This document shows positions 9,021 to 17,574 of a stretch of 32,000 nucleotides of DNA, piece after piece. The first letter of the stretch is position 1; each line of letters opens with the position of its first letter. The notes under the pieces are model-generated. The model was not told the origin of the DNA. It saw nothing but the letters and a program-made list of their open reading frames with translations, and did not search any database. The translations under genes were made by a program, and so were the position numbers. Origin of the DNA: Clostridia bacterium (lineage in GTDB: Bacteria; Bacillota; Clostridia; Caldicoprobacterales; DTU083); the NCBI GenBank assembly GCA_028696065.1, contig JAQVHT010000003.1, positions 37,346-69,345 of the forward strand, given 5' to 3'.

Positions 9021-9047
9021 ATTATACCATAGGACAAAGCGTATCAA
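9021..9047 (-). promoter_or_regulatory. Candidate sigma-A promoter of the SBP-LuxR operon
   Basis: The minus strand reads TTGATA-15 nt-TGgTATAAT, an extended -10. It is about 80 nt upstream of the SBP start. Confidence 0.4.
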
Positions 9048-9110
9048 AAGAGATTAATAGCTTTATTTCTTGAAAAATCACACTGAGTATGACCCCTTAG
9101 TAAAAGAAAT

Positions 9111-9127
9111 ATCACCCCAGGGGTGAT
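9111..9127. other. 17-bp perfect palindrome ATCACCCC-A-GGGGTGAT
   Basis: 8+1+8 GC-rich inverted repeat in an otherwise AT-rich divergent intergenic region. On the minus strand it is followed by atttctttt. Confidence 0.5.
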
Positions 9128-9201
9128 TTCATTAATTGGGCTATCAAAATACAATAAAGGCAACAATTCATATTTCAAATTAAATTTTAGGAGGGGTTTA
9201 T

Positions 9202-9549
9202 ATGACAGAAGCAAAATTATCAACCGAGGAAAGGACAATAGAAAGTTTTGACCCGCAAGACATTGAAAAAAACAAAACAATGGCAGGTCTTGCCTACATC
9301 TTGTTTTTTCTACCCCTGATTGTTTGCCCAGAGTCCAAATTTGCTAGGTTTCATGCTAACCAGGGTTTGATACTTGCCATAATTGCTTTCGGAGCAAGCA
9401 TCATACTTTCCATTACTATCGTAGGATTATTCTTAGTTCCCTTTTTAATGGTGGCTGTTGCTATCTTCGCCGTGATTGGCCTAATTAACGGCTTCAATGG
9501 CAAGGCCAAAGAGCTACCCCTGATAGGCAGATTCAGAATCATAAAGTAA
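9202..9549 (+). CDS. DUF4870-like small membrane protein
   Basis: 115 aa. AGLAYILFFLPLIVCPESKFARFHANQGLILAI is the characteristic DUF4870 core. Three hydrophobic helices. RBS AGGAGGGG. Confidence 0.8.
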   Translation: MTEAKLSTEERTIESFDPQDIEKNKTMAGLAYILFFLPLIVCPESKFARFHANQGLILAIIAFGASIILSITIVGLFLVPFLMVAVAIFAVIGLINGFNGKAKELPLIGRFRIIK

Positions 9550-9578
9550 AAATACAAATCTAGGAGGTTGTGAACCTA

Positions 9579-10553
9579 ATGAAAGGTAAATTTCGTATTC
9601 TTGTATTGTTGTTATGTCTTATATTAATTTTTACATCCTGCAATGTAATAAAGTCTATTGGCAAGGATGATGATAAAGATAAGGAAACTGATGACCCAAT
9701 TGTCACAGAGGACCCTGATGATTATGAGGACCCTGATGATTATGAGGACCCTGATGATTATGAGGATCCTGATGACTATGAAGATCCTGACGATTACGAG
9801 GATCCTGATGATTATGAAGACCCTGATGATTACGAGGACCCAGATGACAATATCAAGCTAGGTGACCTAAAGATGATATCTGACTTTTGTAACCTATGGA
9901 ACGATCTTTATACTGACAACGAGCCTATACTAAATAAAAGTGAAATGCCTCTTATGCAAACAGTCTATCCAGCCCTATCTCTAATATCTCCACCCCAATA
10001 TGATATGCTCAACTTAGAGGGCAAGGACGGATACTATACCGGTAAACTCTTTTTATCTGGCCACCAAGCCTTTGTGGAAAAGGATGGTCTAAACTTCCTA
10101 TTTGGTTATGAGCATATACGGGAAGAAGACGGCTGGAGTCAAGAAAAGGCTGGAGATAAGCTTGTTGAAAATGGGAACTGTGAGCTAGCTGATGGCCATA
10201 TGTATGTAGAAACCTATACCGAGCGAGATGGTACCATAATTAAACGAGATGTCACTGAGTTTCAAAAAATGAAAGATGGTAGCATGATATATATTAATAG
10301 GGCAGGTCAGCTTTATAACAGTAGGGGAGATGAGGATAAACAATCCACCCTCCTATTTATAAGAAACGGCAAGAAGCAATATGACCTGGTCTCATGTGTC
10401 GGTTCAGAAGGTGTGGACTTTGATTACACCCTACTTGCAGAATACGGAGACCTAGACATGGAAAAGGCCCTTGAGATATTTACTGACCTTGGCTATACAC
10501 CAGACTATACAGCAAGTATTATAGATGATGAGTTTGTGATAACAAAGCATTAA
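9579..10553 (+). CDS. Lipoprotein with an acidic (EDPDDY)n tandem-repeat linker and a C-terminal domain of unknown function
   Basis: MKGKFRILVLLLCLILIFTSC gives the lipobox. I prefer ATG 9579 (11 nt after AGGAGG) over GTG 9570 (2 nt after). Confidence 0.8.
   Translation: MKGKFRILVLLLCLILIFTSCNVIKSIGKDDDKDKETDDPIVTEDPDDYEDPDDYEDPDDYEDPDDYEDPDDYEDPDDYEDPDDYEDPDDNIKLGDLKMISDFCNLWNDLYTDNEPILNKSEMPLMQTVYPALSLISPPQYDMLNLEGKDGYYTGKLFLSGHQAFVEKDGLNFLFGYEHIREEDGWSQEKAGDKLVENGNCELADGHMYVETYTERDGTIIKRDVTEFQKMKDGSMIYINRAGQLYNSRGDEDKQSTLLFIRNGKKQYDLVSCVGSEGVDFDYTLLAEYGDLDMEKALEIFTDLGYTPDYTASIIDDEFVITKH
9708..9851 (+). repeat. Eight in-frame 18-bp tandem repeats encoding EDPDDY (last copy EDPDDN)
   Basis: Copies 1-3 (9708-9761) are identical at the nucleotide level. 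Copies 4-7 differ only by synonymous changes. Copy 8 ends in N. Confidence 0.95.
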
Positions 10554-10607
10554 GGAAAAGCTCAATGCTGATTAAGAATGCATTTTGTTTTATAGGGGGA
10601 GGTTTAA

Positions 10608-11096
10608 ATGGCTAAGCAATATAGGAAAGTCATAACTGTTATGCTTGCTTTACTGCTTGTCTTTATCTTTACTTCTTGTAATATAGGCAAGAAAATTGCA
10701 AAAGGTGCATCTGAACGGATATTAGGGCCAGATGTAAATATTGATGAGGATGGCCTAACTATTGATGACGATGGCAAACAGATTACAATCGGTAACAGTA
10801 AATGGCCTAAGGATGGCCTAGCAAGCAAGCTTCCAGAGTACAAGGATGGGAAAATAATATCCACTGTGAACTCCAAAGAACAGGCAGCTATCATTGTAGA
10901 GGAAACTAGCCTAAAATACCTTAAAAACTATCTAAAGAAAGTAAAGAAAGAGGGCTTTACTGAAGATGCCTATGAGTCTGAGACTGAAGGAGGGGGTTAT
11001 GCTTATATTGGATACAAGGGAGACATATATGTGTCATTAACATTTTTAGCTGACTCAAATACTTGTACTATTGCCCTTGGATACAAAGATAAGTAG
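10608..11096 (+). CDS. Small lipoprotein, unknown function
   Basis: 162 aa. MAKQYRKVITVMLALLLVFIFTSC gives the lipobox. RBS GGGGGAGG. The signal peptide resembles that of the upstream lipoprotein (IFTSCN in both). Confidence 0.8.
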   Translation: MAKQYRKVITVMLALLLVFIFTSCNIGKKIAKGASERILGPDVNIDEDGLTIDDDGKQITIGNSKWPKDGLASKLPEYKDGKIISTVNSKEQAAIIVEETSLKYLKNYLKKVKKEGFTEDAYESETEGGGYAYIGYKGDIYVSLTFLADSNTCTIALGYKDK

Positions 11097-11286
11097 CCAG
11101 TTTAGTTATAAGTAGTCTAGCCGGGCCTAGTCGATACAAGAGTCCTTAGATACAGGCCTAGAGCAATTTAATGGGATTTGTATTAGGGTTAGCTGTGCTA
11201 AATTTCTCCTATATGATATAATTAGATATAATATATATATCGAATTTAATGATCTTTGATAGTAAAGATTAGGGGAGAGACTTAAG

Positions 11287-11757
11287 ATGATGTACAGCAA
11301 TGATGAAAAAACACTTGTAGGAAAGCAATTTAAGAAATACTTGTTGCTTTCAATAGCTATAGTAGTTGCATTTGCTATACTAGCATTTGCTTTTATGGCT
11401 AGACTGGCCCAGTGGAAGGGTGCCCTCTTCTTGTCTGTTGGAGTTTGTATAGGCATATTTATTTTAACTATTTATGCCTTTCCCATTAGAGCCTATTATA
11501 GGTTTATGTCAGATATCCTGCGTGGTCAATCTAGGGAGATAAGGGTCCCAATAATTAAAGTTAGTGACCAACCAGTCTACAAGGACAATAAATTGCTCTT
11601 CTATGAAATATCAACCTTGGAAGAGGATGTAGAAAGGATGCTCTTATTTGATGCGAACAAGGGCAAGCCTGACCTAAATGTAGGAGATGAAGTAGTTTTT
11701 AGGATCTATGAGAACTATATAATAGAGATTGTGGATAAGAATCAAAGTGCCAGTTAA
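11287..11757 (+). CDS. Two-TM membrane protein with a soluble C-terminal domain, unknown function
   Basis: 156 aa. RBS AGGGGAGAG. Two hydrophobic helices (LLLSIAIVVAFAILAFAFM and LFLSVGVCIGIFILTIYAF). Followed by a terminator. Confidence 0.7.
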   Translation: MMYSNDEKTLVGKQFKKYLLLSIAIVVAFAILAFAFMARLAQWKGALFLSVGVCIGIFILTIYAFPIRAYYRFMSDILRGQSREIRVPIIKVSDQPVYKDNKLLFYEISTLEEDVERMLLFDANKGKPDLNVGDEVVFRIYENYIIEIVDKNQSAS

Positions 11758-11803
11758 GCTAGGGGGCAAAAGTTAGCAAGTAAAAAAAGATAATTAAAGT
11801 AGA

Positions 11804-11834
11804 AAAACACCACTATTATAGTGGTGTTTTTTAG
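11804..11834. terminator. Bidirectional rho-independent terminator between convergent genes
   Basis: aaaaACACCACTATtATAGTGGTGTtttttt: a perfect stem with an A-run before it and a T-run after it. Confidence 0.7.
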
Positions 11835-11855
11835 TCCTTGCCCAGGAACAAGGGG

Positions 11856-12287
11856 TCAGTTGTCATAAGTAGACTGGCTATAGCCCATAACCCTAGCATT
11901 TTCATCAAAATAGACAGTAGTACACTCTTGGCAAGGCTGCTTTACTGGGTCCTGACTATAATAAAACCTTACCTCTAACCATTGGCCAATGTAACTGTCT
12001 AACTTCTTATTGTCAAAGGCAAGTAGGACAGGGCTGTCGCTATCATGGTATTCAATAAAGGTCTCCTGAAAGACAAGCTCAAGTCCCTCTTCCTTTAGAT
12101 AATCCGCTGCAAGTTTTATGACCCTCAGGTCATCTATACTAGTAAGACTAAATGCACCTTCTGTCTGATTTTCTACCTGGCCTATGCTAGAAGTGTCAGG
12201 CTCCTGCCTTTGGCTACAAGAGCTACTAAAGACAAGGACTAGGACAGCAAAGGCTATGGCAAATAAAATCTTTAACTTAACTTTCAT
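11856..12287 (-). CDS. Small lipoprotein, unknown function
   Basis: I prefer ATG 12287 (GTGAGG 6 nt upstream), which gives MKVKLKILFAIAFAVLVLVFSSSC with a lipobox. Confidence 0.75.
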   Translation of the reverse strand: MKVKLKILFAIAFAVLVLVFSSSCSQRQEPDTSSIGQVENQTEGAFSLTSIDDLRVIKLAADYLKEEGLELVFQETFIEYHDSDSPVLLAFDNKKLDSYIGQWLEVRFYYSQDPVKQPCQECTTVYFDENARVMGYSQSTYDN

Positions 12288-12381
12288 AATTGGCCTCACT
12301 ATTTTCATACTTTATAGATTATATGATTGAGGCTAAAGGATAATTCTTTAAAATTACTAGCCAGGCTAGCTGAATAGGAAG

Positions 12382-12448
12382 GCACTACTAATAAAAATAG
12401 GCAATTAATAAAAATGCACTACTAATAAAAGACACCACTAAATAAAAA
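12382..12448. repeat. AT-rich direct repeats: GCACTACTAATAAAA x2 plus degenerate copies
   Basis: Identical 15-mers lie at 12382-12396 and 12416-12430. Related copies are gcaattaataaaaat (about 12401) and caccactaaataaaa (12434-12448). The region is the upstream region of the minus-strand lipoprotein gene. Confidence 0.6.
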
Positions 12449-12480
12449 GGCAGCTAACAAGCAAAAGCTTGTCAGATGCC
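12441..12480 (-). terminator. Rho-independent terminator after the DUF2892 gene
   Basis: The minus strand reads GGCATCTGACAAGCttttGCTTGTTAGCTGCC followed by TTTTTATTT. Confidence 0.6.
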
Positions 12481-12484
12481 ATTT

Positions 12485-12727
12485 TTAGTCCATATCTGCT
12501 AGTTCTATCTCCTTTACCTTGTGAGTCTTTAGCTCCCAGTCCAGGCTGTCTATACCTAGCATATGCATGATCGGGCAGTATCTTGTAACCCCTTCTGCAA
12601 CCTTCATAGAGCCAATTAAGGTTACAAGCTTTGAAGAGCAGATAATCCCGATTCCCAACATAGATAAACCACCAGTGATACGGAGGTAGGCGTCTAGGTC
12701 ACCAATATTCCTTTTCACTTTATTCAC
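12485..12727 (-). CDS. DUF2892 (YgaP-like) small membrane protein
   Basis: 80 aa. The pattern N.G..D..LRI..G....G......L..L.G......G.T.YCP fits DUF2892. GTG start. The start is uncertain (alternative GTG at 12718). Confidence 0.65.
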   Translation of the reverse strand: MNKVKRNIGDLDAYLRITGGLSMLGIGIICSSKLVTLIGSMKVAEGVTRYCPIMHMLGIDSLDWELKTHKVKEIELADMD

Positions 12728-12823
12728 CGTCCTTTGAAAACACTAAGTCTAACTGTAGGTTAGGTCATAAGTATTTTCTCCGAACTTAATATGCTTTATC
12801 CACGTTCTGCAGTTAAATAAAAA

Positions 12824-13918
12824 TTAGACGTTAAACCTAAATAGGATTACATCTCCGTCCTTGACAATATAGTCCCTACCCTCTGATCGAACTAAGCCCT
12901 TTTCCTTTGCAAGTGTATAGCTTCCTAGCTCAATTAGCTGGTCATAGCCTATGACCTCAGCCCTAATAAAGCCCCTTTCAAAATCTGTGTGTATCTTGCC
13001 TGCAGCCTGGGGGGCCTTAGTGCCCTCCTTTATTGTCCAGGCCCTAGTCTCCTTGGGCCCTGCAGTTAAATAACTAATAAGGCCAAGCAATCTATAAGAA
13101 CTTTTTATAAGGCGGTCAAGACCTGACTCGGCTATACCTAGCTCCTGTAAAAAGACCTGTTTTTCATCATCATCTAGCTCAGAGATTTCCTCTTCTATCT
13201 TGGCACATATAACTAGTACCTCTGAATTATCCCCTTTTGCGTATTCTTGGACCCTGTTTACAAGCCTTAAGTTAGATATGTCCTCTTTAAGCTGGTCTTC
13301 AGAGATATTGGCCGCATACAAAACAGGCTTTGATGAAAGCAAAAACATTTGGTCTACAAGCAAGGCCTCCTCTGGAGTGTAGGATAAATTCCTAGCGGGT
13401 ATACCCTCTTCTAAGCCTTCCTTTATTTTCATCATCAAATCCAGGTCTGCCTGAAACTTTTTATCGCCCTTTAAGAGCTTACTTGTCCTATCTATTCTTT
13501 TTTCTAGGCTTTCCATATCAGCAAAGATAAGCTCAAGATTAATGGTTTCAATATCTCTTACTGGGTCTATTGTAGCCTCTACATGGCTAATATTATCATC
13601 CTCAAAGCACCTTACAACATGTACTATAGCGTCAACTTCGCGGATATGGGAGAGGAACTTGTTTCCTAGGCCCTCACCCCGGCTGGCGCCTTGAACTAGA
13701 CCAGCTATATCTAAAAACTCAACCATGGTCGGTATCAGTCTTTCAGATTTATAAATTTTAGCAAGTTGGGAAAGGCGTTCATCAGGAACAGGCACAACCC
13801 CAATATTTGGTTCTATAGTACAGAAGGGATAATTTGCTGACTCTGCCCCTGCCTTAGTCAAGGCATTAAAAAGGGTAGACTTCCCTACATTTGGTAATCC
13901 GACTATTCCAAGCTTCAT
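12824..13918 (-). CDS. ychF: Ribosome-binding ATPase YchF
   Basis: 364 aa. [21 protein letters not shown], the [10 protein letters not shown] motif, and the C-terminal TGS-like [32 protein letters not shown]. Confidence 0.96.
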   Translation of the reverse strand: MKLGIVGLPNVGKSTLFNALTKAGAESANYPFCTIEPNIGVVPVPDERLSQLAKIYKSERLIPTMVEFLDIAGLVQGASRGEGLGNKFLSHIREVDAIVHVVRCFEDDNISHVEATIDPVRDIETINLELIFADMESLEKRIDRTSKLLKGDKKFQADLDLMMKIKEGLEEGIPARNLSYTPEEALLVDQMFLLSSKPVLYAANISEDQLKEDISNLRLVNRVQEYAKGDNSEVLVICAKIEEEISELDDDEKQVFLQELGIAESGLDRLIKSSYRLLGLISYLTAGPKETRAWTIKEGTKAPQAAGKIHTDFERGFIRAEVIGYDQLIELGSYTLAKEKGLVRSEGRDYIVKDGDVILFRFNV

Positions 13919-14103
13919 TACTAATCCTCCAGTGACATGCAGGTTTTATTGCAAAACCAGCATAAGATAACTATATTTTCTGCTTTCTCAAAAAAGCATC
14001 CTTCAAATTATATACTAGCTTTGACTTTCTATCAAGAATTAATGTTCTAATAGCTGATATCAGGATAAAAGGTTTTAAAACAGACAATATAGAAATAGAT
14101 ATA

Positions 14104-14132
14104 TTGAATAATTGTTAAAATAAAGATATAAT
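14104..14132 (+). promoter_or_regulatory. Candidate sigma-A promoter of the cellobiose phosphorylase gene
   Basis: TTGAAT (14104-14109), a 17-nt spacer, then TATAAT (14127-14132). It is 41 nt upstream of the ATG. Confidence 0.5.
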
Positions 14133-14172
14133 ACCGATAACGATTTAGATTATTTGAAATGGAGGGTTACAT

Positions 14173-16608
14173 ATGAAATACGGTTTTTTTGATGATAATA
14201 ACAGAGAGTATGTAATAACCACACCCAAGACACCTTATCCTTGGATAAACTATCTTGGCACTGACAAGCTCTTTTCCCTTGTATCAAATACTGCAGGGGG
14301 CTATTGCTTTTACAAGGATGCCCGTCTTAGAAGGATCCTTAGATATCGCTACAACAATGTGCCAGTCGATGACGGTGGCAGGTATTTTTACATAAATGAT
14401 AATGGGGACGTATGGTCACCATCTTGGAAGCCTGTTAACAAGGACCTGGATTTTTATGAGTGCAGGCATGGCCTAGGCTATACTAAAATTACTGGCAAAA
14501 GAAATGACGTAAGCGTTTCAGAGCTCTTCTTTGTACCCCTAGGCTTTAACGGTGAAATCCACCATATAAAGGTTAAGAACGAGTCAAAGGTAGACAAGCA
14601 GATAAAGCTATTCTCCTTTGTTGAGTTTTGCTTATGGAATGCCTATGATGATATGACCAACTTCCAGAGAAACTTTAATACCGGTGAGGTAGAGCTAGAA
14701 GGGTCAGTTATATATCACAAGACTGAATACAGGGAGAGGCGAAATCATTTTGCTTTTTACTCAGTAAATACTGATATAGATGGCTTTGACACTAGTAGAG
14801 ATGAGTTTTTGGGCATGTACAATGGCTTTGATAACCCAGAGGTAGTACACTCAGGTAAGTCAAAGAACACAGTTACCCAGGGTTGGGCACCCTGTGCTTC
14901 CCACTATATCAATCTTAATCTGGCAGCTAATGAGGAAAAGAGCCTTATATTTGTACTAGGCTATGTTGAAAACCCAGAAGAAGAAAAATGGCAGGCTCCA
15001 AATGTAATAAATAAAAAAAGAGCCTATGAAATGATAAACAAGTTCAAGACAGATGCAGATGTAGAGGCTGCCCTAAGTGAGTTTAACGCCTACTGGTCTG
15101 ATTTATTATCTAAATATACCCTTAAGAGCCATGATGAAAAACTAAACCGTATGGTTAATATATGGAACCCTTATCAATGCATGGTTACCTTTAATATGTC
15201 CAGGTCCGCATCCTACTTTGAATCTGGTATAGGTAGGGGTATGGGCTTTAGAGACTCCAACCAGGATATACTTGGTTTTGTCCACCAGATACCAGAAAGG
15301 GCAAGGGAGAGGATACTAGACCTAGCAGCTATCCAATTTGAGGATGGTGGAGCCTATCACCAGTATCAACCACTTACTAAGAGGGGTAATGCAGATATAG
15401 GTGGAGGCTTTAACGACGATCCCATGTGGCTTATAGCCTCAACTGTTGCCTATGTTAGGGAAACAGGTGACTATTCCATACTAGATGAGATGGTACCCTT
15501 TAACAATGATGAGAACAACAAGGCTACTCTATTAGAACACCTAAAGAGATCCTTTTACCATGTAGTAAACAACTTAGGACCCCATGGCCTGCCCTTAATT
15601 GGCCGTGCTGACTGGAACGATTGTCTAAATCTTAACTGTTTTTCCAAGGAACCGGATGAGTCCTTCCAGACCTACGGTGATCCTGATGGCAGGGTAGCAG
15701 AATCAGTCTTTATAGCAGGTATGTTTGTTAACTTTGGCAAGGAATACAAGGAACTACTTGAAAAGCTAGGCCGTGATGACGAAGCTGCTGAAGCAGGAAA
15801 GCATATAGAAAAGATGACAAAGGCAGTAATAGAGCATGGCTATGATGGTGAATGGTTCCTAAGGGCCTATGATGCCTTTGGTAACAAGGTCGGTAGCAAG
15901 GAATGTGAAGAAGGGCAGATATTTATAGAGCCACAGGGCTTTTGTGTAATGGCCGGCATTGGCGTAGAGGAGGGCCTAGCAGAAAAGGCGCTAGACTCTG
16001 TCAAGGAAAGGTTAGATACAGACTATGGTATAGTCCTAAATCAACCTGCATACACAAAATACTACCTAAATCTTGGTGAGATTTCTTCATATCCACCAGG
16101 CTACAAGGAGAACGCAGGCATATTCTGCCACAATAATCCCTGGATAGCTATGGCAGAGGCGACTATCGGTAGGGGAGACAGGGCCTTTGAGGTCTACAAA
16201 AAGATAGCTCCAGCCTATCTAGAGGATATTAGCCATATCCACAAGACTGAGCCCTACATCTACTCCCAGATGATAGCTGGCAAGGATGCAGCCAACCATG
16301 GAGAGGCCAAAAACTCTTGGCTAACAGGTACTGCAGCATACAACTTTGTAGCCATATCCCAGTGGATACTTGGTGTTCGGCCACAGTTTGATGGCCTACT
16401 AGTTGACCCCTGTATTCCAGCTGACTGGGATGGCTTTAAGGTCACAAGGCATTTTAGAAATGCTGACTATGTAATTGAAGTCAAAAACCCCGACCATGTT
16501 CAAAAGGGCGTTAAGAGTGTAACCGTTGATGGCAAGCCCATCCAAGGTAATATCATACCTGTGTTTGAGGATGGCAAGGAGCACCAGGTAGAGGTTATAA
16601 TGGGCTAA
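14173..16608 (+). CDS. cbp: Cellobiose phosphorylase (GH94)
   Basis: 811 aa. From memory it is near-collinear with clostridial Cbp: [87 protein letters not shown]. Confidence 0.95.
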   Translation: MKYGFFDDNNREYVITTPKTPYPWINYLGTDKLFSLVSNTAGGYCFYKDARLRRILRYRYNNVPVDDGGRYFYINDNGDVWSPSWKPVNKDLDFYECRHGLGYTKITGKRNDVSVSELFFVPLGFNGEIHHIKVKNESKVDKQIKLFSFVEFCLWNAYDDMTNFQRNFNTGEVELEGSVIYHKTEYRERRNHFAFYSVNTDIDGFDTSRDEFLGMYNGFDNPEVVHSGKSKNTVTQGWAPCASHYINLNLAANEEKSLIFVLGYVENPEEEKWQAPNVINKKRAYEMINKFKTDADVEAALSEFNAYWSDLLSKYTLKSHDEKLNRMVNIWNPYQCMVTFNMSRSASYFESGIGRGMGFRDSNQDILGFVHQIPERARERILDLAAIQFEDGGAYHQYQPLTKRGNADIGGGFNDDPMWLIASTVAYVRETGDYSILDEMVPFNNDENNKATLLEHLKRSFYHVVNNLGPHGLPLIGRADWNDCLNLNCFSKEPDESFQTYGDPDGRVAESVFIAGMFVNFGKEYKELLEKLGRDDEAAEAGKHIEKMTKAVIEHGYDGEWFLRAYDAFGNKVGSKECEEGQIFIEPQGFCVMAGIGVEEGLAEKALDSVKERLDTDYGIVLNQPAYTKYYLNLGEISSYPPGYKENAGIFCHNNPWIAMAEATIGRGDRAFEVYKKIAPAYLEDISHIHKTEPYIYSQMIAGKDAANHGEAKNSWLTGTAAYNFVAISQWILGVRPQFDGLLVDPCIPADWDGFKVTRHFRNADYVIEVKNPDHVQKGVKSVTVDGKPIQGNIIPVFEDGKEHQVEVIMG

Positions 16609-16664
16609 GAAATTAACTGAAAAGGCCAGACCAAAAAGTAAAGACTGCACTTTAGGCTATAGAA

Positions 16665-16923
16665 TGATATGCTCCCCTTTGAGTAGACACCTGAAATAAC
16701 AAAAATCAGGACTATACAGAGGGGAGTTTTTCTATGGGAAGAAGAGGCATCAGTTATGAAAAGAAATTGGAGGCAGTAGAAAAATATCAGCGTGGAGAAG
16801 GTAGCCAGAGTAGCATAGCTCGCCAATTACTTGAAAAAGCATCATAAAAAATGGACCCCATTATTAGGAGTCCAGTTATACGTTTTTTCTTTTTTGCCTG
16901 TCTACTTGACAGGGGGCAGTTCA
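16665..16923 (+). mobile_element. Internally deleted IS3-family insertion-sequence remnant (MITE-like): both terminal inverted repeats plus the first 37 codons of orfA
   Basis: IRL is TGATATGCTCCCCTTTGAGTAGACACC (16665-16691). The reverse complement of IRR is TGAACTGCCCCCTGTCAAGTAGACAGG (16897-16923). They match at 18/27 positions without gaps. The ends are TG..CA. A GAA direct repeat flanks the element (16662-16664 and 16924-16926). Confidence 0.7.
16734..16847 (+). pseudogene. Truncated IS3-family transposase orfA (HTH N-terminus only)
   Basis: MGRRGISYEKKLEAVEKYQRGEGSQSSIARQLLEKAS*. The pattern ..Y..EKL.AV..Y..GEGS..SIA..L is the N-terminus I recall for IS3/IS150-group OrfA proteins. GGGGAG RBS. 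Homology ends abruptly after about 32 aa. Confidence 0.6.
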
Positions 16924-17022
16924 GAAAAACCTAGGTGCAGTCTTTTTTGTATTTATAGGGTCTAGTTACTATGTATTTAGTTTAGCCTCTTGCCCTATAT
17001 GCTAGTTTCCGAGGCGCTAAAG

Positions 17023-17574
17023 CTACCATGTGAAAAAGAGCATGCCTAGTATGGCAGAGATTATTATCATAAGGGCTGGGTGGATCTTCAGCTTGTAGAT
17101 ACCTACAAGTACAAGGCCTAAAATAACAATGCCCTTTAGGTTAACCAATGTAAAAATACTAGAAGCAGTTATAGAGAAAACGCTTTTCATAATAGAAAAG
17201 GTAGCTGTAGCTATAAGGCCGATAACTGCTGGCCGTATGCCGGTCAATAGGCCCTGTACTAGGGAGTGGTCCTTGAATTTAGTAAAATACCTTGCCACTA
17301 GTAATACTATTATAAAAGAGGGGGTAATTACACCGGTAGTAGCAAAGATAGCCCCTGGTATACCAGCTTGCTGGATACCAATAAAGGTGGCTGCATTTAT
17401 AGCAAAGGGTCCAGGAGTCATCTCTGATATGGCTAATATATCTATTACACCCTCTAAGGTTAGCCAATTGCGCCTGATTATCTCCTCCTGAATGAGGGGT
17501 ATCATTGCATAGCCACCGCCTATGGTAAATAGACCGATCTTTGCAAAGGTAAGAAAGAGTTCAAGTAATATCAC
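17023..17574 (-). CDS. chrA: Chromate transporter family protein (short ChrA, second of a pair)
   Basis: 183 aa. The GLFTIGGGYAMIPLIQEEI motif is present. GTG start overlaps the upstream stop (GTGA). RBS AAGGAGGG. Confidence 0.9.
   Translation of the reverse strand: MILLELFLTFAKIGLFTIGGGYAMIPLIQEEIIRRNWLTLEGVIDILAISEMTPGPFAINAATFIGIQQAGIPGAIFATTGVITPSFIIVLLVARYFTKFKDHSLVQGLLTGIRPAVIGLIATATFSIMKSVFSITASSIFTLVNLKGIVILGLVLVGIYKLKIHPALMIIISAILGMLFFTW

Larger units (their letters stand above)
16640..16948. terminator. Bidirectional terminator hairpin of convergent cbp/chrA, with its two arms split about 270 bp apart by the IS remnant
   Basis: The left arm aaagactgcactttagg (16640-16656) is complementary to the right arm cctaggtgcagtcttt (16930-16945), which is followed by ttttt. 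An A-run precedes the left arm. Removing 16665-16926 restores a stem of about 16 bp with an 11-nt loop. Confidence 0.55.

Noticed and set aside
8943-9280. Long N-terminal extension of the SBP ORF and the 78-aa ORF 9044-9280
   Set aside because: The internal ATG 8942 has a strong RBS and gives a proper lipoprotein signal peptide. The upstream stretch is promoter/intergenic sequence.
9658-9861. 67-aa ORF (MIMRTL repeats), and the possibility that the 18-bp repeats are a CRISPR or other non-coding array
   Set aside because: The ORF is an alternative reading frame of the EDPDDY repeats. The repeats are contiguous with no spacers, and they are in frame within a lipoprotein gene that has a good RBS and signal peptide.
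16651-16662. 12-mer tttaggctatag shared with 18299-18310
   Set aside because: For a 32-kb window, tens of repeated 12-mers are expected by chance. There is no extended similarity around either copy.
16399-16826. Minus-strand ORFs 16399-16650 and 16605-16826
   Set aside because: They overlap the 3' end of cbp and the IS remnant in antisense. They have no RBS. The region is better explained by the terminator arms and the IS3 relic.
17129-17491. 120-aa plus-strand ORF and 62-aa minus-strand ORF inside chrA
   Set aside because: They are shadow or alternative frames of the chromate-transporter gene, which carries the family GGGYAMIP motif.
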